A stretch of 59,865 bases of DNA, counting the filler, from Sphacelaria rigidula (lineage: Eukaryota), in the NCBI GenBank assembly GCA_964200075.2. It is 6 parts of 6 records of this genome, joined end to end, with 100 filler letters (N's around TTAATTAATTAA, not from the genome) between each part and the next. Parts side by side here need not be neighbours in the genome. Positions count along the whole stretch, not along the records: positions 49,973 to 59,865 come from CAXNAA020007540.1; 5 more parts are not named here. One strand, written 5' to 3'. The notes under the pieces are model-generated. The model worked only from the letters and a program-made list of their open reading frames with translations. It was not told the origin of the DNA and made no database searches. The position numbers and the translations under genes are program-made. Shown here in pieces: positions 49,973 through 59,865 of the stretch (positions are counted from its first letter, which is position 1; each line of letters starts with the position of its first letter).

Positions 49973-51305
49973 TGGGCCTGCTAGCCCCGGTGCCCACTGA
50001 ACTGGCATTTTCCTACCCAGGTGGTAAGTATCGTACCATGACATTTGCACAGCCTATGAGCGAAGCTTCAGCGCCTCGCAGCGGCTGCAGCTCGCGTAGG
50101 ACCGTGCGTCAGGAACTGCGCAGCTCTACAGACTTTATTCCGATCGGTACACTACAGATGTTTATGATCCAGAAAGGGCTGCAGTACAGACCGGTGCCAG
50201 TTTGCTATCGCATCGGCCGCCCATCCGCTCAACATGTCTAAGTATATGCTTCTGCGCGTGAATATATGCATCCGCCTGTAGGGCGCAAGATCTGGGCTGC
50301 TGTATAGCCGATTTGATGGCGTATGGGCGGTATTCCCCGAACTCGCTTCTGGCTATGTTGTAGGAACGTATCGGGCCCAATCGAGCCGATGCTGAGCGCA
50401 TATGCTGTCTGTATTGTCTACGACTAGTGTGAAAAGTTTCATCATGGAACGCGCAGTCGGAGCCGAGAAATCCACAAGCAAGGTTGCACTGGAAAATGGG
50501 ATTTTACCGTAGGAAAGTACCAAAATAAACATGAGATGCGGTTACGCCCTGGTTACGCCGCATATCAGATGCGGTTACGTACGCAGTTACGCCGTATTGC
50601 GGTACGGGTACTGTCTGTAGACCATACATTGCGTTAGCGTATTACAGATTATACTGCACTTATATTGGTCATGACGGAGTTTTCAAATTTTACATCCATC
50701 AGCTGTGCCGCCAGACGTGGATGCAAGCGATCGTGCCGTCCTCGGTTTCTCCGAAAAAGCGCAATTGAGATGCTTACTTTCAAGGCAGATTACACACTCC
50801 ATTTACAACGCCCTAGGCGTGCGATGATGTGCTGGAACGCGAAGCTTGGTCGCCACCTATCGTCGTACCATGGGGCCGGCAAGGCCCCTGTACCGAGCAA
50901 CATCATGCACACCACCGAACGCGGGACATAATGACGTTCTCAGCCTGCATTTTGTGCCGACAATCCAGCCTTGACCATAGCTGTTTAGATATGCCGCGTG
51001 TTTGGCTGTGGGTCCTCCCTCTGGGGCACCTCGCTTGTGTGGACTAGACCTACTTTACGGATGATTCCAGCTGATAAGTTTCGCGACGACTCTTGTATGC
51101 AGAAAACGGCACACATTTGACTTTTTTCTTCATTTGGCGCAACACTGAACAATGTTTTCGTGAGATTGAGAGCAGAGGATACGATTTAAAGCGAAAAGCG
51201 GTCAATCAGTGAATGAGTCGTTTCAGTTCCGAAATGCCTCTCCACGAGGCCCGATATTCCTTGTGTAGTAGCTTGCCACTCCGGCGCTTGATATCCCTGA
51301 TTAGG

Positions 51306-51561
51306 GAGTCATGCTACGATAGGGGGAGGGTGTTCGATTCCGGGGGGGGATGTTCGATTCCACGAAAACATTGGCTCATAGGTGCGTCAGATGACCTAAA
51401 ACACTCGCGATGCGCTTGTATTTGGGTAATAGCGATGTCACAGTATGAATGAGCGTTATTAATCGGAAGCAAGATGTTGCCATCAACGACGATTGAACGT
51501 AGAATTTCGAGGAAGAAAGCGGCCCAAAATACCCCCCCCCCCCTCTATCATAGCATGACTC
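51306..51561. mobile_element. MITE with GAG...CTC ends and a 4-bp TSD (Sola-like)
   Basis: TAGG|GAGTCATGCTACGATAGGGGG ... CCCTCTATCATAGCATGACTC|TAGG. Confidence 0.7.
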
Positions 51562-51719
51562 TAGGGTATCGACGAGTAGCTGTAAGCACACGGCATTGAT
51601 AGAGGCCAAGAAGAGCACACACGGAATTCAATATTGGCTAAGTTTAAACGAATGGTCGAAGCCACTCTCAATCTGCGCTCTACCCTCAATCTCACGAAAA
51701 CTACCAGTCTGGTAGACCT

Positions 51720-51938
51720 TGTAATGGGTGAGAGGACCGCGTGCTTAGAGGACCGCGCCGTAGTCCGAAACACCCCAGGATCGACGTTTTTCGAAACCAA
51801 TCGGGCCAGTCCCTGCAGGTACCACGCACCCAGCCCTAACCTCAACACTAACCCTAACCCCAACCCCAACACCCCAACCATAGGGATGTTCAAATTCCGA
51901 TGCGGTCCTCTAAGCACGCGGTCCTCTCACGCATTACA
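51720..51938. mobile_element. TGT...ACA MITE family, best-preserved copy
   Basis: Near-perfect 37-bp TIRs, exact 5-bp TSD GACCT, internal CCCTAA-like tract. Confidence 0.9.
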
Positions 51939-51943
51939 GACCT

Positions 51944-54900
51944 GAAGAAACGTACGCAAACAATGATTTGTACTCGATTGTATTTGATTCCAGATTGAAG
52001 AAAGTTCTGAGAAAAATCATGGTTTGGAGCAGGTGAGTAGCTGTGAGCAGTAGACCCAGCTCATCCAGAACGTGTCTTGGTTCAAAATCGGCTCAAAGGC
52101 GTCGATTTGAGCTCTCGCAACGCACGCCTGACTTCATAAACACTTTACACCCCCCTTACCTGGGTGTTCTCGGTATGCCTTGGTCGGTGTTAGCGCTAGG
52201 GTGAGCGTCAGGGTTGGCGGCATTTCCATAGTATCAACCATTGTTTACGTTCATTTCTTAAGGTCCCCTCTGTAAAGTACCTGCGTAGGGCTGCATCCCT
52301 GTCACAGGGGCAGCTCTGTCACCCCTGTCAAAAGGAAATCCCTTCGCCTGTACTTCACAGGTGCATCCTGTGAGGAAACTCTCTGTTACGGATTGCATGA
52401 TTACAGGGATTTCGGCATCCCGCTGCGCTGGTCCAACACAGGTGACCCCGAGTGGGGACGTTTGCCCACGTGTACGCCTTGTTCAACTCGCCAACGGCTC
52501 ATTGCACATTGTTGTGTTTGTCACTGACTAAGGCGAAGGCGATGTTCAATTACTTTCAACTGCTTTGCTTTCATGTTCTCATGACATTCGCTGCATGGCC
52601 GCTGTCTTCGTGCTCCCAAATCAATGAGAACGCAAAGAAATACCCCGCCACGAACAGGCTTTTGTGGTTCAGGTTCCTGTTTGAATTAATTCCATTCTCT
52701 TGAAGAGGCTTGTGTGGTTCGGGATCGACACCCCGCAAAAAATAGCGAGTTTCGCCAACTTTCGTTGGCCAGAACACGCGCCACAGGTATCAGATGAAGA
52801 TCAAACCTGAATGTTAAAGTACCGCAGCGCCTTGTTCGTGCGCTGGAAAAGGAAGCGCGAGATAAAATACCTTGCTGCCAGAGAAAACTCGGCAAAAGTG
52901 GTGGAAAATGTGAAATGATACATGTACATATATTATAGTATGTACAAGGTTCCCCTTCGGGAGGTTGATACTGGCGTCCCGGGGGTGACGCAAGTCGAAA
53001 ACGTACCAGTGTTACTCCTTTTTCATATTATGGAGGCAGTTGTGTCGGAGAATTTGTACCTTCCAGTAGATATTTGTACTGTCACATTTTGCAGTTTGGA
53101 ATATGTCAAACCAAGAGTGGCGGGAAGAGCGGTGGACACTCCCAGCATGATGAACTCGCTTCACGGGCGGTGTGCGGAGATGAAAAAAACACCATCACGC
53201 ACGAGACCCTTCACAGCGCACATCGCAAGTAATTGCTACTGAGATAAGGTCGCGTCCCGGTAGTACACAGCGAAATTGTACAGTATAAATGTATGATATT
53301 GCTTGCTGTCTGTGTGTACGTGGTGTACAACCCCTCGCTCTGCCACATCTAGTACAGCGGTCGGTCTTGCAGCTAAGTGTGGATTTACCGTAGATGGCGT
53401 ACGCAAGAGTAATAGGTCGCCTCTGCCGCTATAGTTCCTGCCTGTATCTCGAGCGGATGGTAACACAGCCGCTATGGCGCGCAAGACGCCTGTAACAATT
53501 CATACCGCGTGGAGATCTCTACACTGTCTTGAAGTCATACTGCGCGCAGTTCCCACTGTTGTACGAGTATCGTGCACGTCGCAGAAGGCAATAGCTTCTA
53601 TATTGTCCACAGTACATATTTTTAAATCGTATACTGACTGTAGAACGCTCTTGTCTAGGGTGTAATACATTCCCATACATATCAGGCGGGGAGATCGTGA
53701 AATAATCAAATAATCCGCAGCACATGGCCGAAGTGGGAGTGAGGCAGTCACCGAAATATTCGCGTGCAAAGCCGGTGCGGTCGTACTCTAAGTTGTTGAT
53801 GCTAGAAGAACACCAGTGTAACGGCCATTCCGGCTGCCGGCCTGTGCACGGCCGTCCCGGTAGTGATGGGGGCTGTCTGTACCGGGATGTCGCCCCGAGT
53901 GCCCGGTACGCCGGCAAGGGTCCGCATCACTACCCACTGGTCGCGCGACAGGAGCTCAATCTTCGACTGTCGAGATTTTTGAAGCGGAAATGTTCAGCTC
54001 CCAACCCTCACATATATAGCGGACCATAAACGATGCTCCATTGCTGGGTTTCTTCGAGCGTTCGTCCATAACTGGGTGAAGATTGATGAGGAGGCCGGCA
54101 GGATCCGTCGCAGCCTGCAGAATCAACTATCACTGTACCTACTTTATCTAGCCGTCATCAGACAGCAGGGTGTTGAAAAAACAAAATGCCACGCACAGTG
54201 GGTATTCACTGTATCAATGCACACCGGGCCATCAGCGACTTCCCCTGCTGCAGCTGTGACTGTTACCCCTTCCTCTAACACCAATCTACACATTCGTCAG
54301 TGTTCTTTACGATGCTTTGTTTTGTGGATTGTTTCGTTCGCATAATTGGGGCACATATTACGCAGATATGATCGCGTTAGAGGCTTCGCGTTAAAACCAA
54401 ATGATGAAGAATCTCAGATCATTCGACTTGTGGTTGCTACTGACTAAGGCGAAGGCAATGTTCCCAAACCATCGAGCACGCAAGTAAAATCGTGATGAAA
54501 AAATACCCCGCCATGAGCGGGCTTTTGTGGCTCTTGTTTAAAGTTTTCCACGATCTTGGAAAGGCTTTTGTGGTTCGGGATCGACACCACGCGAAAGAGA
54601 GCCAGTGTGGGCGACTTTCGATGGCAAAAACACGCGCCACGGGTATCAGATAGCACCCAAACCTGAACTACAATGTACCGCTAACCCTCCTTCGTGCACT
54701 ACAAAAGAAAGCGCGGGCTAAGATGCCTTGCAGCCAGAGAACACTCGGCAAAGGTGGTGAAAAGTGCAAAATGATACATGTAATAATGTAAAGTGCACGA
54801 AGAATGGTCAGCGGTACATTACTGTTCAGGTTTGGGTGTCATCTGATACCTGTGGCGCGTGTTCGGGCCATCGAATGTCGCTCACACTGGCTCTCTTTCG

Positions 54901-55701
54901 CGGGGTGTCGATTCCGAACCACATAAGCCTCATTCCGGAAAACTTCAAACAGGAACTTCAACAACAAAAGCCTTTTCATGGCGGGGTATTTCTTCGCGCT
55001 CTCGTTGATTCGGGAGCACAAAGACAGCGGTTATGCAGCAAATGTCACGAGAACACGAAAGCAAAGCAGTTGAAAACACTTGAACATCGCCTTCGCCTTA
55101 GTCAGCAGCAGAAACACGACCGTGCAATGAGCCGTTGGCGAGTTGAACAAGGCACACACGGGGGTATACGTCCTCACTGTGGATCAGCTGTGCTCGACAA
55201 GCGCAGGGGGGTGACGAAATTCCTGTGATCATGCAATCCGTATCATAGAGTTGCCTCAAAGGATGCTCCTGTGTGAAGTACCGGCGCAGGAATATCCTTG
55301 AGAGGGATGACAGAGATGTTCTTGTGACAAGGATGCATCCCTGCACAAGTAGTTCATAGAGGGGACCTGAAGAAATGTACGTCAACAATGGTTGGTACTG
55401 TGGAGATGCCACCAACCCTAACGCTAACCCTGGCACTAACATCGACCAAGGTATACCGAGAACTCTCGAGCAAGGGGGGTGCAGTTTCTTACGTAAAGCG
55501 TGCGTTGCGAGAGCTCAACTCGACACCTTTCGAGAGCTCAACTCGACGCCTTCGAGCCGATTATAGACCGAAACACGTTCTGGACGACCTGGTTCTACTG
55601 CTCACCACTGCTCACCTGCCCTAAATCATGAATTCTTTCAGAAATCTCTACAGTCTGACCAAGTCAAATCGAGTACCAATCGTTGTTCATGTACATTTCT
55701 T
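51944..55701. repeat. Pair of ~0.9-kb diverged inverted repeats (51944-52845 / 54792-55701) plus a partial direct copy (54438-54782)
   Basis: Collinear reverse-complement matches, e.g. GAGCTCTCGCAACGCACGC / GCGTGCGTTGCGAGAGCTC and CTGACTAAGGCGAAGGCGATGTTCAA / TTGAACATCGCCTTCGCCTTAGTCAG. Confidence 0.85.
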
Positions 55702-55898
55702 TACGTCTACCAGTGTCGCGCTGAACAAAAAAATCGAATGTGTGCGGGTTTTCGCATACAATAGTGATCGTAGAAATTATCAGCCGGAATCATCCGCAAA
55801 GTAGGTGTAGTCCATACGAGCGAGGCGCCCCAGGGGGAGGACCTACGACCCACGGCACACGCGCGAGGTGCCCCAGAGGAGGAGCCATCGGCCCAAAA

Positions 55899-56337
55899 CA
55901 CGGGATCTTACAAATTGGGGATCGATCTTTTGTTGGGGATGGGAATCCCCGAGAATTAAAATCTTCGTATCCACACCAAATCTTCGAAATATGGTTCCAT
56001 TTCTTCGCCTACCGATAGCTATTCACTGCTGCTACACGCCATTGAAATTTGGATTTCGATGACGGAAATGTTGGGGTCCTAGGGGAAAAATAATTCGGAA
56101 CCATTTTGGCGTCCGTTCGGACACCCAAAGTTCCTCAAAACTGGTTTTTCACCTAGGACCCAGACATTTCGGTGATCGAAATCCAAATTTCAATGGCGTG
56201 AAGCAGTTGTTAACAGCTATCGGTAGGTGAAGAAATGGAACCATATGTCGAAGATTTGGTGCGGATACAAAGGTTTTAATTCTCCGGGATTCCCATTCCC
56301 AATAAAAAGATCGATCCCCAATTTGTAAGATCCAGTG
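55899..56337. mobile_element. Foldback MITE with ~190-bp arms and CAC...GTG ends
   Basis: CACGGGATCTTACAAATTGGGGATCGATC ... GATCGATCCCCAATTTGTAAGATCCAGTG; ~55-bp loop. Confidence 0.85.
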
Positions 56338-57883
56338 TTCCAACATGCAGCATAACTAAAACGCTATGTTCAAGGCTGGATTGTCGGCACTTTTTGCAGG
56401 TTGAGAATGCCATTGTGTCGCGCGTTCGGTGGTGTGTATGGTGTTGCTCGGTACGGGTTACTTGCGGGCCCCACGGTACGACATACAGTCTGTAGAGCTG
56501 CGCAGTTCATGGCACACGGCCCTAAGCGCGCTGCAGCCGCTGCGGGGCGCTCAAACATCGCTCATAGGCTGTGCAAACCACAGTCAACAGTTCCAAGTCG
56601 CTATATCTGGTGCTGTGTGCTGTAGCAGTGCGCGCTAGAGGGCAAAACGGTCAGATTTGCTTCCGATTTGTCTTTTTCCTTTTGGCGCAACACTGACTTC
56701 ACAGGAACATCTCCACACCGGTACTTCACAGGTTGAGACCTGTAAGTCAGCCCGCTGGTTCGGTAAGCATACACATAGCAGTGCAACTGTAGAGTAAATG
56801 TGCAGGGATGTTTCTGGGGGCACTCAACGAGTATAGTCGCACACATGAACAATACCGTAGCTGGGATCAATACATCTGTGCAGTCTGGTTAAGGCACAAT
56901 ACATGGTGTGGTCCTATATGTATACATTATGCTGTATATTACAGACACTATATTGCGTTCCCATGCAGCGGCCTTCTATTGCAGCAGTTTAGATATTGTG
57001 TTCCAATTTCCCAAACAAAGAATAATCCACCCCCAACATCATACCAACCAATTCATGTTATGGTATTTGAAGGTACTATTTCCACACCCTGCAGGTGTGC
57101 GCCGCGCTTCCTGAGTTTGCGATTTTTTTTCACTTCGGAGGAAATTACACCTTGAAGCATGCGTCACCCAGCTCAGCCTGCTGGGGATGTGTAGCCGCTT
57201 GTATTCCGTAGTCTGTCCATCAAACATCTTTGTCCCAATCACGAATTGCGCTTCAAAGCAGCGCATACAAGTTGTGGTGCTTGGATCGATATCCTGACCG
57301 AGCCACTGGCTCTTCGGTTTGAAGTATCTCCGTTTCCATATACAATACACCAGCATGCAAACGTCCCGCTCTCCCACTTTCGTAGTGAGGGTGCCATTTG
57401 AGAGAGCGCTGGTGAAGTATGGGAAACTCGGTACTGACGACATCATGCGCACGGACACTGTCCGAACCAAACGCGTCGAATATTCCATTGCATCCCACCT
57501 CTACATCTATGCATCATACGGCCGGGGTTTTTCAATTTCGGGTTGTTCCTCCATGTGCCACTAGCTGTATACACCTCCTTGACATACCGCTCGAACTGCA
57601 TTGAACTTCCCCCCCAGCGTGACAAACATCCCTCCAGCGCATATGGGTAATGCAGTGGTACTTTGTTTCAAAACCACCACTCCGGTATTTCAAATCGATC
57701 CCTTTGGATGACTTGCATCGATGAACTTGTATCGTGATGCTTCTCTAAAGTGAGAGCCCCACAGGTTGCTTTGGTCAAGTTCCAAATGCCCTTACCAGCA
57801 GCCCCATGTGCTCCCATACACACCAGACTGTATCCAATACCACCGCAGTCAGCCCAGAAATTCGAGCCCTGCGCACCACCAAT

Positions 57884-58006
57884 AACGCTGTTCTGACAAC
57901 CGCGTGTACCACCCGACAATTTTCACTGAAACCTATCTGAGCTACAAAACGCTGTTCTGACAACTCCGTGCACCACCCGACAAATTTTCACTGGAACCTG
58001 TCTGGA
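57884..58006. repeat. Tandem duplication, 2 x ~63 bp
   Basis: AACGCTGTTCTGACAAC...ACCACCCGACAATTTTCACTG twice. Confidence 0.8.
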
Positions 58007-58188
58007 GTATAACATGGTGTTCACGTGGCTTCACGACGACACCCGAAATCACGGTGTCAGTCTCTGTACTTGCTAGCAGACCCGGTGCTGGTTACACAAA
58101 GAAAAAAAAATAGTAAGAAACTAGGAGTGAAAACCACAGCCTGAAAGAAATTTCCCCTCAGCCTCTGACCTATCGCTCCACGAGATAA

Positions 58189-58288
58189 ACCGAACACCAA
58201 GACGGTGCGGTCCCCATTATTGACCGAACATCAAGGCGGTGCGGTCCCCGTTAATGACCGAACATCAAGACGGTGCGGTCCCCGTTAG
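58189..58288. repeat. Minisatellite, 3 x 34 bp
   Basis: ACCGAACATCAAGACGGTGCGGTCCCCGTTAATG consensus. Confidence 0.9.
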
Positions 58289-58642
58289 TTCTACGCGGCC
58301 ACTGCCCCCACACCGCAAAACGGAGATATCGTCGGCCGGCGCCAGCTCAAGCTTGTGGTGTGGGTACAATGGGTTCGATCAGCCCTGGGTAAGGGTCCCA
58401 CTCAGGCACGATCCCGCGAAACCACACGTGGGTGTAGCCCTCACGATGATTTTTTGTGTTGTTTCATCATTAGAATGATCACTCTAGTGTACCACTTCAT
58501 AGTTGCAACTGTTGGTAGCTAGCTCCTCCTACCCGACCATCGGGATGGGAAACCACGTCTTCTGCAGGTGCCCACATGCCGAGAGAGGAGCTGTCTCGCG
58601 GTATTGTGTTGCTGCCCCTACAGCTATCCACTGTAGGATACA

Positions 58643-59274
58643 TGTTAGCCCAGACACCCACAGAGCGTCGGGCCCCTTAGTAGTCGAGCATAGTTATTCC
58701 ACTGTGGATCATGACCACAGGGAACCCTCGCTTTCCGTTGCTCCACGGGTTGGAGAAGGACCCTCGGCAGTGACCGGTCGGAAAGCCAAGAGCTCACACC
58801 GTCACGGATTCTCCCGCGAACTTACCAACAGTGCCAGGTCATGATGGTACGTCTCAGGTATGGGATGTGCCGCTACCGTCCTCTGCCCCCCGTTGCCCCT
58901 AAGCCAGCACCAACAAAGAGGTCGAGGCGGAACGTGTTGAGCCACAAGTCCACCCTACCTGCTGTCGAATCGTTGTTGCGTTGACGTGCGGGTCTGCCAC
59001 TGACGACCCCACATCACGACAGGCTCACGCGGGTAAAAGACGATTTGTCCCCTTAAGTTCCAAGTTGTTAGCCCACACGTCCACAGGGCGTCGGGCCCCT
59101 TCGTAGTCGAGCAAAGTTATTCCACTGTGGATCATGTCCGCAGGGAACCCTTGCTTTCCATTGCTCCACGGGTTGGAAAAGGGTCCCCGGCAGTGACCGG
59201 TCGGTAAGCCAAGAGCTCACACCGTCACGAATACTCCTGCGAACTTCCCAACAGCGCCAGATCATCAAGGTACG
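58643..59274 (+). repeat. Two ~210-bp direct repeats (58643-58851, 59066-59274), LTR/TRIM-like
   Basis: Both start TGTTAGCCCA and align throughout; ~210 bp of unrelated sequence between them. Confidence 0.7.
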
Positions 59275-59865
59275 CCTAGACCAGTGCCCACATCCCCAGT
59301 CCTCACAAGACCACCCCAGAGTTTATTTCAGTACTAAGTTCAGGAAGTACAGCGAACACATATCAATGCGTTGCCGAAAATTGGCCCGGATCTTACGCGT
59401 GGCGTTGTCACCTTAGACGATGCGTCTCTAACAACTAGAGTTGAACTGGATCACTACTTGAAAGTGGATCTTCTGCAAGCCATCAACTTGTGGCCCTGGT
59501 ATTACTGGACTCGGGCTCCCCTTGGACCTTACCCACCGTCAGTTGCTGGCAGGCCATGCCCCGCACCGGCGCGGCCGATGACCGATGTCCGTTCCCTGCT
59601 CCCCCCACCTACCTCCGGTGGCTCCGGGCAGGTTCTCCTCTTCAACGATTGAGTGTTAAGTTCATCAACGATAAGCACCTCATAGCAAACCTTCTGTTTC
59701 GGCTTTGATTGATATACGCAATGTCACGACATTCCATGTTTTGTGGGGGAAAATGTAGCGGGTTGCGTTTCGACATATATGTTCGGACATGAAGCTGTAT
59801 TTAACAGCCGATTTTAAATTTTGGGGTTCATACAAAATATGGGGTTGAAGTGGCATTTCTCTCTT

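Noticed and set aside
57039-57960. Overlapping ORFs of 60-149 aa
   Set aside because: No identifiable domain; probably decayed repeat sequence

Overview
Eukaryotic, intron-rich and repeat-rich DNA, most likely a brown alga (Phaeophyceae); this is inferred from an EsV-1-7 repeat protein, 126-nt TPR cassette exons, long introns and TTAGGG tracts. The window is not one locus. Five identical 100-bp spacers (N-run + TTAATTAATTAA + N-run) join six contigs of 9895, 9895, 9894, 9894, 9894 and 9893 bp, so neighbourhood across the spacers means nothing. Contig 1: a cluster of TPR exons, a tiny piggyBac-like element and two candidate exons. Contig 2: TGT...ACA MITEs carrying TTAGGG repeats and a dead RTE-type LINE. 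Contig 3: six exons of coatomer beta with nested MITEs in an intron. Contig 4: two exons of a K+-channel-like gene whose filter reads TTVGCAE instead of TTVGYGD; the intron splitting that motif holds a ~1.7-kb inverted-repeat-bounded array of ~26 units with a 42-43-bp period, each with two constant motifs and two variable spacers (the most unusual feature here). Contig 5: a mariner fragment and a 15-repeat EsV-1-7 Cys/His protein. Contig 6: almost entirely transposon-derived inverted and direct repeats. No true tRNA, rRNA or CRISPR-Cas was found. All calls were made by eye, without database searches.
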